Shown here: positions 37,716-47,118 of the stretch, one piece after another
How positions within the stretch are numbered: the first letter of the stretch is position 1
How the letters are laid out: each line of letters begins with the position of its first letter
Source: an uncultured bacterium
Lineage (GTDB): Bacteria > Hydrogenedentota > Hydrogenedentia > Hydrogenedentales > CAILVY01
Direction: 5' to 3'
Assembly: GCA_937951485.1 (NCBI GenBank)
Contig: CALEDJ010000004.1
Span: forward strand, 13,582-77,581
Length of the DNA stretch: 64,000 bases
Program-made: the position numbers and the translations under genes
The notes under the pieces: model-generated
What the model was told of the DNA's origin: nothing
The model's database searches: none
The model's input: the letters and a program-made list of their open reading frames with translations, nothing else

Positions 37716-37992
37716 GGGCTTTCTCGGCGGCGGATAATGGGCCAGTTTCCTCAGCGCGTTTACCAGTAACTTTACCGTACAAGGCATCGGGGCATAAGCC
37801 AATATCATCCCCCCAGGGCAACTCACCGTCAACCTCTATTCGAGGGGACAAAAAAGCGGTTTTATCCAACCAAAACCTGAAAATGCCCTTGCCAGCCAGG
37901 TGAGCCACATCAACCATGCCTTGCACGCCGTCATCGGAGCGGAGCGAAAACGTGTAATCAGGATGCGCGACCACTTCAATGATCTTGCGCAT
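37708..37992 (-). CDS. DUF2442 antitoxin-family protein
   Basis: I.EV.A..DY...L..DDG..G.VD..HL.GKGIF, WGDDI.LCPDALY; 8-nt overlap with the DUF4160 start. Confidence 0.8.
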   Translation of the reverse strand: MRKIIEVVAHPDYTFSLRSDDGVQGMVDVAHLAGKGIFRFWLDKTAFLSPRIEVDGELPWGDDIGLCPDALYGKVTGKRAEETGPLSAAEKAHA

Positions 37993-38094
37993 AATGCGCT
38001 GCTCCGAATTGGGCTTATTCATTCCGTAACAAAACAGGATGACATTCTTTGATCGCGCCGTTCACATATTGCGAAGGGCTTACTGCATAACCGT

Positions 38095-38523
38095 TCAATG
38101 GGCGAGACGCAGATTGCTCTCTTTGAGGCGCCTGCTGAGCGTGCCGATGATGTTGAAGAGCATGCGGATGGCGACGCGCTTCGTCATCAGGTGTTCAAAG
38201 GTGGTTTCATTCAGGACGAAGAGGCGGCAGTCTTCCAGGGCGATCACGGTGGCGCTGCGCGGTTCCTTGTTGACAAGCGCCATTTCGCCGAAACTGTCGC
38301 CGGGGAGGATCGTGGCGATGCACTGCTGTCCCTCGAAGACACCGACCTTCCCCCCAAGGACAACGTACATCTGATTGCCCTCGGTGCCCTTGTAGAAAAT
38401 CACTTCGCCTTTGGCGCAGTTCATGGTCAAGCCCTTGGAAAAGATTTTGACCATATCCTCCGGTGTCAAGCCCTTGAACAGGTCCACTTTCTCAAGGTAT
38501 TTCTGAATTTTCGCCATGTCCAT
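38095..38523 (-). CDS. Stand-alone cyclic nucleotide-binding domain protein
   Basis: GEVIFYKG..G..MYVVL.G.V, GDSFGEMALV..EPRSATV; no HTH follows. Confidence 0.9.
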   Translation of the reverse strand: MDMAKIQKYLEKVDLFKGLTPEDMVKIFSKGLTMNCAKGEVIFYKGTEGNQMYVVLGGKVGVFEGQQCIATILPGDSFGEMALVNKEPRSATVIALEDCRLFVLNETTFEHLMTKRVAIRMLFNIIGTLSRRLKESNLRLAH

Positions 38524-38572
38524 GATGTGACCCTCAACGCGCCGGCGCCGCAACTCCCGGAAACTTTCGCGG

Positions 38573-39403
38573 TTACAGCATGTAAATGAACCGGCTGCAA
38601 TTGTTACAGGTATGGATGTGCTCCGTATCCTGTTTCACTTTTTGCGCGAGTTGTGACGGCATTTTCATGAAACACCCCTGGCAGGTATCTCCTTCCACAG
38701 GCACGACGGCGGGCGGACGGCTTTTCATCAGGCGGTCGTAGTGTTTGAGGATGCGGGGGTCCACCAGCGTGCGGATGTTTTCGATACGCTCTTTGAGTTG
38801 TTTCTTGCCCGTGCGGGCGGTTTCGTACATTTCCTGGCAGAGTTGCAGCCGCGCAAGCAGGATCAGGTCCGCGTGCGCGTCCTTTGTTTTCAGCAAATCC
38901 GGGCTGGCCTTCAGGTCCCGCGCAAAAGCGTCCTCCGGTTCCACCAGCGATTCGGCCATGTTCTCGATGGCCAGGAACATCTCGTTCGCCCCCTCTGCAT
39001 CCAGGATGGATTTCCTGTTCGCCTCGTCGCGGAGCAGTTTGGCAAGCGTCGCCACAAAATTCAGATAGGTGGTCTGCTGCGTGGGCGGATAACATATCAA
39101 GAAAATCAGGTACACGGGACGTTTGTCCACAGCGTTGTATTCCAATCCCTCCGGAACGCGCCCCACGGCGCAAATCAGGCCCTTGAGTCCCGACACCCGC
39201 GCGTGCGGCACCGCGATGCCATGCCCGATGCCTGTGCTTTCCGTGGTTTCCCGCGCCATGATCTGATCGAGTGCCGGCCCGACATTCTTCAGTTTCTTGC
39301 GATCAAACAGCAGGTGCGTCAGTTCCTTGAGCGCATCCGGTTTGTTGTTGGCCTTAAGACTGGGCACAACGCAGTTCTCGGCGATGAACTTGCTGACCAT
39401 CAT
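38573..39403 (-). CDS. PTS EIIA (PtsN-like) domain fused to C4-type zinc ribbon
   Basis: RE..ESTGIGHGIAVPHAR with the phospho-His; C-terminal CQGCFM...CNNCSRFIY; start 39403 after GAGGAGG. Confidence 0.85.
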   Translation of the reverse strand: MMVSKFIAENCVVPSLKANNKPDALKELTHLLFDRKKLKNVGPALDQIMARETTESTGIGHGIAVPHARVSGLKGLICAVGRVPEGLEYNAVDKRPVYLIFLICYPPTQQTTYLNFVATLAKLLRDEANRKSILDAEGANEMFLAIENMAESLVEPEDAFARDLKASPDLLKTKDAHADLILLARLQLCQEMYETARTGKKQLKERIENIRTLVDPRILKHYDRLMKSRPPAVVPVEGDTCQGCFMKMPSQLAQKVKQDTEHIHTCNNCSRFIYML

Positions 39404-39595
39404 GGGCGCAAAATCCTCCTCACGGACAAACACAATTCCCTGCGTCAATCCGCATTTTCAAGATCACTACAGGATAAATGAACAACGCGGAGGGCGTTTT
39501 CGCGCCGATCCGGCGAAAAAAGGACCCGCTTCCTCTGCATTATCATTCGTCCTCATCTTAGCACGATGCCGGGGAGCGTTGCCAATTTGGGGCGA

Positions 39596-39808
39596 TTAAA
39601 GCACTGCTTCCTCGGCCGCTTCATACCAGATGGAGATGACGATGATCGGCTCCTGGTTGCGTCCGTCGTGATGTCGGTCTGAACCGAACGACTGCTGGAT
39701 GTGCAGCGGCTTTACGCCATGCCGCTTCATCCACTCGTTGATGTGGGTGTCCATCTGGTGCAGACCGTCAATCGTCGCCTTCCCTAGAAACGTCTGTACC
39801 TTTATCAT
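39596..39808 (-). CDS. Small hypothetical protein (70 aa)
   Basis: MIKVQTFLGKATIDGLHQMDTHINEWM...IVISIWYE; GGGAG SD; co-oriented between aroE and the EIIA fusion. Confidence 0.65.
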   Translation of the reverse strand: MIKVQTFLGKATIDGLHQMDTHINEWMKRHGVKPLHIQQSFGSDRHHDGRNQEPIIVISIWYEAAEEAVL

Positions 39809-39861
39809 GCGCCCGTCTCCCTTGGATTGGTCGTCCTGAAAATTGTCCCTTGCTCTGTCAC

Positions 39862-40749
39862 TTATGATGCCCTTTCGGCATGTTGCAGTTCCGCGAGAAG
39901 CGCCGCGCGCATGATATCCGTCGGCGCGGCGCACTCCGTCCAGCATTCAAATTGCAGCGCCGCCTGGTGCAACAGCATTTCCAGGCCGCGAATGACGGTG
40001 CAGCCCGCCGCCTCCGCGTCGCAAACCAGCCGGGTGTTCATCGGGCGATACACCATGTCAAAAACCACATGCTCCGGTCGCAACCACTCCGGCGGCACAC
40101 AGGACTCTCCTTCGCCGTGACCATGCATGCCCAGCGGCGTTCCGTGAATGATGACATCATGCTCGGCCAGCGCCCGCGCCAGATCGCCGCAGAGGTCGCC
40201 CGTCGCCACGTTGTCCGGGGCTACGGCGCGCAAATCCGCCGCCAACGCCTCCACCCGCGACCGGGTCCGGCCAAGAATGCTGATGCGCCCCGGCGCGCCG
40301 CGCTCCGCCATGGCAAACGCCACCGCCCGCACCGCGCCGCCCGCCCCAAGAAACAGGATGCGCCGTCCCTCCAGCGCGACCCCTGCTTCATCGAAGGCGC
40401 GCAGCGTGCCCAGCCCGTCTGTAATTGTTCCCCGCAGGCGGCCGCTTTCATTGACGATTGTATTCACACAGCCCACGCGCGCCGCCAACGGGTCCACCAC
40501 ATCCACATGCGCCATCGCCGCCACCTTGTGCGGTATCGTAACGCTCAGACCCCGAAAACCGTCCATCGCCCGCATTCCCGCCAGACATGCGCCGACATCT
40601 TCCACCCGGAACGCCACATACACATAATTCAGACCCGTCGCCGCAAAAGCCGCGTTGTGCATCGCCGGTGACAGGGAATGCGCCACCGGATTACCGATGA
40701 CCCCGCATACCCTCGTTTCAGCATTGATCTTCACTGAATTTCCATTCAT
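39862..40749 (-). CDS. aroE: Shikimate dehydrogenase
   Basis: G.PV.HSLSP.MHN, SVTIPHK, NT, TDG.G, GAGGA, GTPLGM, DMVY.P..T, GLEML..QA. Start 40749 or GTG 40734. Confidence 0.95.
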   Translation of the reverse strand: MNGNSVKINAETRVCGVIGNPVAHSLSPAMHNAAFAATGLNYVYVAFRVEDVGACLAGMRAMDGFRGLSVTIPHKVAAMAHVDVVDPLAARVGCVNTIVNESGRLRGTITDGLGTLRAFDEAGVALEGRRILFLGAGGAVRAVAFAMAERGAPGRISILGRTRSRVEALAADLRAVAPDNVATGDLCGDLARALAEHDVIIHGTPLGMHGHGEGESCVPPEWLRPEHVVFDMVYRPMNTRLVCDAEAAGCTVIRGLEMLLHQAALQFECWTECAAPTDIMRAALLAELQHAERAS

Positions 40750-40860
40750 TTCATTAATCGTATCTTCAGGGGCAGTATAGCCCACCACCCATTTTTCCGC
40801 AAGTGCCGCATTGGTCGAAAAAATGCCAAGAATCCCCCCAATTGCAATTATGCCCCCATA

Positions 40861-41208
40861 TCAACCCGGCGGCCATGCCATGGACCGTCCCCCAATGACA
40901 TGCAAATGCAGATGATAAATGGTCTGCAACCCATGATGTCCGCAGTTGATGACGCAACGGTACCCATCGTCTGAAAGCCCCTCCTGACGCGCAATCTCGT
41001 GGGCTGCGTGAAACAGGCGCGCCACTACCTCGACATCTTTTCCGTCCGCGTCAACGATTCGTGGAATATGTTTTCGCGGAATGACCAGCACATGCGTTGG
41101 CGCGATGGGTTTGATATCCCGGAAGGCATAGACCATATCGTCGGAATAAACCGCCACCGACGGCTCAATCCCGGAGATGATGTTGCAGAACACACAGTTT
41201 CCTTGCAT
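40861..41208 (-). CDS. HIT (histidine triad) nucleotide-binding protein, copy 2
   Basis: CVFC, DI.P.AP.HVLVIP..H, HLHLH.IGG..M.WPPG. Confidence 0.93.
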   Translation of the reverse strand: MQGNCVFCNIISGIEPSVAVYSDDMVYAFRDIKPIAPTHVLVIPRKHIPRIVDADGKDVEVVARLFHAAHEIARQEGLSDDGYRCVINCGHHGLQTIYHLHLHVIGGRSMAWPPG

Positions 41209-41258
41209 CGTGTCACCACTCCTCGGAATCCCGCCTTCCATACGTTCGCGGCAATGGG

Positions 41259-41606
41259 TCAGCCCGGCGGCCAGCCCATTGCCCGTCCCCCCAGCAGGTG
41301 CAGGTGAACATGGAAAACCAGTTGTCCAGCGCCCTCGCCGCAGTTGATGACCATGCGAAACCCCGTCTCCTGCAAGCCTTCCTGCGCCGCCACCTTGTTC
41401 GCCGTGAGAATGAGCTTCCCCGCCAGGCCGGCGTCCGCCGCTGTCAGATCGCAAATACGCGCCACGTGCCGCCTTGGAATGACCAGAATGTGTTTTGGGG
41501 CGGCCGGTTGGATGTCCAGGAACGCATAAAATTCGTCATCCGAATATATTTCCGTGGATGGAATCTCTCGCGCGGCTATCCTGCAAAACAGGCACTCATC
41601 CACCAT
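41259..41606 (-). CDS. HIT (histidine triad) nucleotide-binding protein, copy 1
   Basis: CLFC, DI.P.AP.HILVIP..H, GQ.VFHVHLHLLGGR.MGWPPG; SD GGAGG. Confidence 0.94.
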   Translation of the reverse strand: MVDECLFCRIAAREIPSTEIYSDDEFYAFLDIQPAAPKHILVIPRRHVARICDLTAADAGLAGKLILTANKVAAQEGLQETGFRMVINCGEGAGQLVFHVHLHLLGGRAMGWPPG

Positions 41607-41740
41607 GGCGTTCTCCTCCATCTCGCACGAAAGCCTTTGGACCTGACCTCGCCTTCGTCATATCCTTCGACCCTGATTGTAGCCCAACGACCCACTCCGA
41701 CACAACGCGCCTCGTCCAAACCAGAATGCCCACGCAGGGA

Positions 41741-41798
41741 ACGCGACATCCTGCCGCGCTTGTTTTTTCGTCCATGCAGACACGGCATCCTGCCGCGT
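41741..41798. repeat. Two REP-like palindromes (CGGCATCCTGCCGCG family)
   Basis: ACGCGACATCCTGCCGCGC at 41741-41759; ACACGGCATCCTGCCGCGT at 41780-41798; same family as 25896-25952. Confidence 0.65.
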
Positions 41799-41827
41799 TC
41801 TTTACGGGCGGAACTGGTCTATCAGGT

Positions 41828-41857
41828 TTGACCCGTTCCCCGATCCCGTGCTATGAT
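41828..41857 (+). promoter_or_regulatory. Putative tRNA promoter
   Basis: TTGACC (41828-41833), 18-nt spacer, TATGAT (41852-41857) with extended TGn. Confidence 0.6.
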
Positions 41858-41871
41858 TCTGTCCAGCGGAT

Positions 41872-41948
41872 GGGCGATTAGCTCAGTTGGTTAGAGCGCC
41901 GTCTTCACACGGCGGAGGTCACTGGTTCGAGCCCAGTATCGCCCACCA
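41872..41948 (+). tRNA. tRNA-Val (anticodon CAC), CCA encoded
   Basis: Acceptor stem GGGCGAT/ATCGCCC, D-arm AGCTCAGTTGGTTAGAGC, anticodon stem CCGTC/GGCGG with loop TTCACAC, T-loop GGTTCGAG. Confidence 0.96.
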
Positions 41949-42051
41949 TTCCGACGTCTGTATCCATAAATGGCATCCACGATGGGTTCCTGCCTTTTAC
42001 CCGCCATTCCGCCGGGGCGAAATGTACCGAAACCGGTTCATGCCCGAGATG

Positions 42052-45000
42052 TCATGTCTTTGTGAAGTGTTGCAGCATCCGGTCGTTGAGGCGACGGGCT
42101 TGGAGCATGAAGGCCTCAAGGCGGGCCTCGATGAGTTGGGGGAAAAGGTTGCCGTCGGTTTCAATGGCCAGGAAGGGGAGTTTTTGATTGGGGGGCAGCA
42201 TGTTGAGGAATTCGTTGGGAAGGGGGCTTTTCCCGTTGAATGGCATGTCGCTGTTGTGAATGGCGCGCACGGATTCGGCGGTGAGGCGTTCGCCGAGGAT
42301 GGATTCGGCAACGCGGGAAGGCATGCACCCGAAGGGTCCTATCAGGATGACGCCGCAGGAGGGGTGCATCATTTCGTGCAGGGCGGATCCGACGGTCAGA
42401 ATGGCTTCGCCGGTTAACCGGGGGGAAATGAATCGTCCGCCGGCTTCCATCACGGGCGCGACGTTTGCCTCTTCCCAGAAGAAAAGGTTGCACGCGCGCA
42501 GCCGTTTGCGCACGGCGGCGTCCATGTATCCCTTGAGCCAGTGGCGAATCCAGAACCCGAGCCCGCGCGCATCGCTTTCGATGTTGTTTCGGGTCAACCA
42601 ATCGAGGTACTTGATCCATTCGCCCGTCTTGGAGGTTCGAACAATAAAGCCTTTTTCGGCGAGGCGTTCGACAAGGTTCTGGAGGGAAATGGGGTCGTTT
42701 CGGACGTAAATCTCGCCCACCAGGGAGATTTTGGGCATTTCGGCATAGGGCCGTTTCAATTCGATCGCGCCGAGGCGCCGCGCACTGGCGGCAACCCGTT
42801 TGAGAAACGCGGGCCAGGACAGGCCAATGGCGTCCAGAATCGCCTGATGCTCTTCTTCGAACACGCGAAGCCCTGCCTGTGGGTCCACGGCGCCCGCGAG
42901 AATGGTCGCCCATATTTCGTCGAAGAGGTCACCGGTCACAATGGCGCGCCAGGCATTCAAGGCGAACCGCTCGCCGAGTCCTCCATAGCCGTTCGCGGTG
43001 GTCAGCGAAAGCACGGCGAGGTCCTCGATGCACTGCTTTCTGATCATCTTCTTCGAGAAAACATGGTACTGGCCGAAGCGGCAGGGGCCGTCGGTGCTGG
43101 GCATGAAGTATGCCGTGACCTCCCCGGGTTCGCGCGTTTTCAGATAGCGCATCAGCGACCCGATGGTGGTCTGAAGGGGCAGGCATTCCTTGCAGGTGGA
43201 GTTGGCGCGGCCGAGTTTCAATGCCTCTTCGTTTGCCGGCGGCAACACCTCGGCGCGCACGCCCGACCGGGCGAAGGCTTTGGCCAGAAATACGGTCCCG
43301 TAGCGCGACATCGCGGGCAGAAGCACCTTCACGCGGGGGTGCTGGAGCGGGAGCCATTCGCCGCCGCTGGTGCGGACGCCCGCCGTGCGCCCCCGATATT
43401 CAATCAAGGCGGGGCGAAAACCGTTGTCTCCCGGGGAAGGCGTCATGGTTCCGCGCTGACGATAACATGCCACCACATCGAGGAATGCCTCGATGCGGGT
43501 TTCCAAACCTGCGTCGGCGGTGTGGCTGTCGAGTTCGAGCGTGAGGGACGGTTTGCGCCCCATGATTTCTCGGAAGTAACCCGTGAGAAAGGAGTCCGGC
43601 CCGCAGGAAAAATTGCTGATGTAAACGCCGAACAACTGCGGGTGTCGCGCAACATACTGTGCGGCGCGGAGAATCATCCGCCCCGTGCCCCAATACATAT
43701 TGTGCTCTTCATCGAGTTGTTCGTTTTCTGCGGGAAGCATGTCATGGGGAAGAATCAGCAGTCCGCGCGTGGCGAACTTGTTTGGAATGCCTTTGTTGGC
43801 TTCCGGCGCAAAACTGTTGTATGCCCTGCCAAACAGCACAATGGCCATGGCTTCCGGGTCTCTGCGCAACGTGGCGAGCGCCTGCTTTCCCAGCGTCGCA
43901 AGTTCGGATTGAAACCGCTCCTGTGCCGCCACCGCGGATTGAAAGGCTTGATCGAACCGTCGCGAATCAACGCCCAATGCGGCGGCGAGTTCGCGAAAGG
44001 CCTCCTTACCGGCGGCGAATCCGCCGGTGAAATCGAAATAAGGCGAGAGGGTCTGGGCGGAATCCAGTTCCGGGAAGGCGGTGCGCAGATAATACGGCTC
44101 GCCCTGCACAAACACGCATGTACACGAGTTCTCCCGGCCGCTGTCGGAGGGTATTCCCCGGATATGCGGCAGGAAGATGTAATCGGGCCGCATCGCGACG
44201 AGGGCCGCGGCGAATCCGTGGGCCAACTCGACGGGATAACAAAAAGCCGCGCCTTGTCGGTCGGTTCCGGCGGGGTTGATTTCACTGGGAACCACCAGTC
44301 GGAATCCGAGATCGCGGAAGAACCTGTTGAACAACGGGAAATAGGTGTTGGTCAGGAATGAACGGTTCATCCCGACGGTGGGGCGATTCTCCTCTCCGGT
44401 ATCCGCAGCCATTTCCGCAAATACGCGGCGTTGTCTTTCCACAACCAGATTCAATCCCGCGGTATTCACTGTGCGGTGGTGAACCAGGTTGTCGAAGCGG
44501 TTGCAGATGCCGCCGAAGGGATAGACCTTGCCGTCAATCTCGATGCGGGCGATGAGGCATTTCCGGTCGCAATGCTCGGCGCCGCCGGCGCAGACAAACG
44601 GGTCGCGGCGGAGGGCCTCGCGGGCGGCGAGCGCCTCAAGGTCAAAACGCCGGGGCGCGAGCAGCCCGCGTTCCATGCGGTGTTCGACTTCGAGCGCCAC
44701 CCCGAAGGCCCCCATCAGGCCCGGTTCCGGGGGCACGACAATGGCGCCGCCGACCAACGCCGCCATGGCGGCGGGCACCGCCCGGTTGTAACATACCCCG
44801 CCCTGCATGAACACGGTGCCGCCGACCGGCCGGTTGCCTTTGACGCGATTGAGGTAGTTCATGCAAATCGAATACACCAATCCGGCCACGATGTCCGGAA
44901 CCGGGATACCTTCCTGCACCGCGATCTTGATGTCGGAACTGATAAAGGCGGCGCACTGGTCGTTGAAATTCGGCGGCCGCCGGCCGGCGTAGGCCATGTC

Positions 45001-46428
45001 TGCAATCGCCGTCACGTCGAGGCAGAGACTTTCTTTGGCCGACTCTTCGAGGAACGACCCGGTCCCGGCGCTGCACGCCTCGTTCATGGCGTAATCGCTC
45101 GGTACGCTGTTGGTGAGACAGGTGTACTTGGCGTCCTGCCCGCCGATCTCGAAGATGGTGTCCACATTGGGATCAAAGTGGACCGCAGCGGTCGCATGGG
45201 CGATGATCTCGTTGATGATGCCGTCCGTCATCGCGTGCAGCCCGGCAATCTGGCGGCCGGACCCCGTCACGCCCAGTCCCTCGATTTCAATCGGGACCGA
45301 TATCTGGTCCGCCAGCGCGCGATAGACCCGCCGCGAGGCCCCCACCGGGTCGCCGTTGGTGCGCAGGTATTCGGACGCGAGGATGGCTTTGTCCGAGCGG
45401 CGCATGACCACGCCTTTCGTGGTGGTGGACCCGACATCCAGCCCCACGATGACGCGGTCGCCCGGCGCGGCAACGCCGCGTGGATGCTCCTTAAAGCAAA
45501 CCCGATCGCGGAATTCGGACAAAGGCCGCAGGAACGAAAAGCCCGATACCCCATTCCGGAAGAACGCATCGCCGAGATTCAGTGGCGGCGTCTCATGTTC
45601 GAGCGCCCAGATCGCCGCGCCGAGCGCCTCGAAATACGGCGCCGCCATCGGGATATGGAGGTCTTCGATCTCGCGACGCAGGTACGCGACCATGGACCGG
45701 TTTGCGGCGGCCCCGCCAATCAGCACGACCGATGTCTTCGGTAATCGCGCCAGTAATTCGAGAATCTTGCCCGCCATCATCATGGACAGCCCCGCCACCA
45801 CCTCCGGCTTGGGGATGCCCTTGTTCAGCGCGTGCGTGCAATCGCTCTTGCAGAAAACCGAGCATCGTCCAGAAACCTTGTGCGGATGCTCCGGCAGGGA
45901 CATCTCGGCCACTTCGTCCAGCGTCACATTCATCCGACGCAGTTGCTGAAGAAAAAACTCGCCCGTGCCCGCGGCGCACTTGTTGCCCGTGTACACGGCC
46001 TGAATGCGACCCGCGTTGTCCAGATGATAGGCCATGAACGTCTCGCCGCCCGCCGATACCACCACACGGTAGGGATGGCCCGGCGCAAACACGTGCGCCA
46101 TCGCCCGTTCCACCGCCTCCGGCTCCGAAATCGTCGCAAAGGCCAGCCGCTCGCGGAACTTCCTCCCCGTCACCGCCACCCGCAGTCCCGCCACCCCCTC
46201 CGCCGCATCCAGCATGGCCTTCAGGCGGGACTCCGGGTCGCCCTCATGCGCCTCGGACCGCGCCCACGTGATTTGCGGACCGGACGCGCCGACATGCACC
46301 CGCACCATGCCAATGGTGGATGCGCCTACGCAAATGCCGATGGCGGCATCGGCCCTCGCGCCGGGTGCGCGATTGGAATGCTGCCTGTCCGTGAAAAAAA
46401 CCGCGCTTTCAGAATCCAGTTCCGCCAC
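42052..46428 (-). CDS. Multidomain acyl-CoA dehydratase activase-like protein (two ASKHA/[4Fe-4S] activase domains plus DUF2229-like C-terminal domains)
   Basis: GICVGAST, GNKCAAGTG, GLDVGSTTTK, EIGGQDAK, MNEACSAGTG, FSCGPDSF, GPCRFGQY, PFGCMP. Start uncertain (track gives 46569). Confidence 0.88.
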   Translation of the reverse strand: MAELDSESAVFFTDRQHSNRAPGARADAAIGICVGASTIGMVRVHVGASGPQITWARSEAHEGDPESRLKAMLDAAEGVAGLRVAVTGRKFRERLAFATISEPEAVERAMAHVFAPGHPYRVVVSAGGETFMAYHLDNAGRIQAVYTGNKCAAGTGEFFLQQLRRMNVTLDEVAEMSLPEHPHKVSGRCSVFCKSDCTHALNKGIPKPEVVAGLSMMMAGKILELLARLPKTSVVLIGGAAANRSMVAYLRREIEDLHIPMAAPYFEALGAAIWALEHETPPLNLGDAFFRNGVSGFSFLRPLSEFRDRVCFKEHPRGVAAPGDRVIVGLDVGSTTTKGVVMRRSDKAILASEYLRTNGDPVGASRRVYRALADQISVPIEIEGLGVTGSGRQIAGLHAMTDGIINEIIAHATAAVHFDPNVDTIFEIGGQDAKYTCLTNSVPSDYAMNEACSAGTGSFLEESAKESLCLDVTAIADMAYAGRRPPNFNDQCAAFISSDIKIAVQEGIPVPDIVAGLVYSICMNYLNRVKGNRPVGGTVFMQGGVCYNRAVPAAMAALVGGAIVVPPEPGLMGAFGVALEVEHRMERGLLAPRRFDLEALAAREALRRDPFVCAGGAEHCDRKCLIARIEIDGKVYPFGGICNRFDNLVHHRTVNTAGLNLVVERQRRVFAEMAADTGEENRPTVGMNRSFLTNTYFPLFNRFFRDLGFRLVVPSEINPAGTDRQGAAFCYPVELAHGFAAALVAMRPDYIFLPHIRGIPSDSGRENSCTCVFVQGEPYYLRTAFPELDSAQTLSPYFDFTGGFAAGKEAFRELAAALGVDSRRFDQAFQSAVAAQERFQSELATLGKQALATLRRDPEAMAIVLFGRAYNSFAPEANKGIPNKFATRGLLILPHDMLPAENEQLDEEHNMYWGTGRMILRAAQYVARHPQLFGVYISNFSCGPDSFLTGYFREIMGRKPSLTLELDSHTADAGLETRIEAFLDVVACYRQRGTMTPSPGDNGFRPALIEYRGRTAGVRTSGGEWLPLQHPRVKVLLPAMSRYGTVFLAKAFARSGVRAEVLPPANEEALKLGRANSTCKECLPLQTTIGSLMRYLKTREPGEVTAYFMPSTDGPCRFGQYHVFSKKMIRKQCIEDLAVLSLTTANGYGGLGERFALNAWRAIVTGDLFDEIWATILAGAVDPQAGLRVFEEEHQAILDAIGLSWPAFLKRVAASARRLGAIELKRPYAEMPKISLVGEIYVRNDPISLQNLVERLAEKGFIVRTSKTGEWIKYLDWLTRNNIESDARGLGFWIRHWLKGYMDAAVRKRLRACNLFFWEEANVAPVMEAGGRFISPRLTGEAILTVGSALHEMMHPSCGVILIGPFGCMPSRVAESILGERLTAESVRAIHNSDMPFNGKSPLPNEFLNMLPPNQKLPFLAIETDGNLFPQLIEARLEAFMLQARRLNDRMLQHFTKT

Positions 46429-46842
46429 AGTGCTTGACCGCCTGATCAGGGTCGTCACCCGATAAGCCCAAGTCCCGACCCCTGGTATATGCCGTGCATG
46501 TTGATCGGCCTGTTCCGGGGAGGCCCCTCCCCGCCGCAACGACCGGCGTTCATCCTTCCGCTGCCCCACGCCCCGCCGTTCATCCTGCCCATGCGCCGAA
46601 TCATGGACTCATGGCAGCAGGGAGGCGTCGTCGCACACGGGCCGTCATTGCAAGCCCTCTTATTGTATCATGTCTAACGTTCCGGCGTCCATCCCCTGTG
46701 GCGCAATTCGGCCACGATGCACTCTTCTTTGTTGGTTGAGTCCGCGCTTACGCCGATGCGTCTTTTCCTGACGTGATGTTGGGTTCTTTTGCTTTTTCGT
46801 TATCTTATGGCCGAGTGGCGTGTAACGGGGAATGTCGTGTTT

Positions 46843-47111
46843 TTTTACATCCCCCGGCGCTTCGCGCCACCCCCTTCCAAGGGGGATTTTTGGAGGAAGT
46901 TTCGGGATAATGAGGTATTTATGAGCAAAAGTATCTTCCTTAAGCCTGCAAGTCACCTGTGAGCATTGCAGGGAAGTCCCCCTTTGAAGGGGGTGGCGCG
47001 CAGCGCCGGGGGAAGTCCCCCTTTTGAATGCGATGGCGCGCAGCGCCGGGGGATGTAAAAGACCAAATAGTGCGCCACGACAATTCATGCCATTCCGCTA
47101 AAGCATTACGC
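46843..47111. repeat. Cluster of three REP-like units CCCCCTT.GAAGGGGGTGGCGCG.AGCGCCGGGGGATGT plus the 63-bp dispersed repeat
   Basis: Copies at 46843-46886 (minus), 46977-47013 and 47016-47060 (plus); extension to 47111 matches 26901-26963. Confidence 0.8.
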
Positions 47112-47118
47112 TTTTTCT

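Noticed and set aside
41949-42051. Integrative element at the tRNA-Val 3' end
   Set aside because: No integrase, no duplicate of the tRNA 3' end seen in the window, and a core-like gene converges about 100 nt away.
42541-45744. 606-aa and 437-aa plus-strand ORFs
   Set aside because: Antisense shadows of the activase gene.
46660-47088. 142-aa ORF across the REP cluster
   Set aside because: Mostly translated repeats; only a faint DUF559-like stretch (IPRYTP...KNPTS), so not called as a gene.
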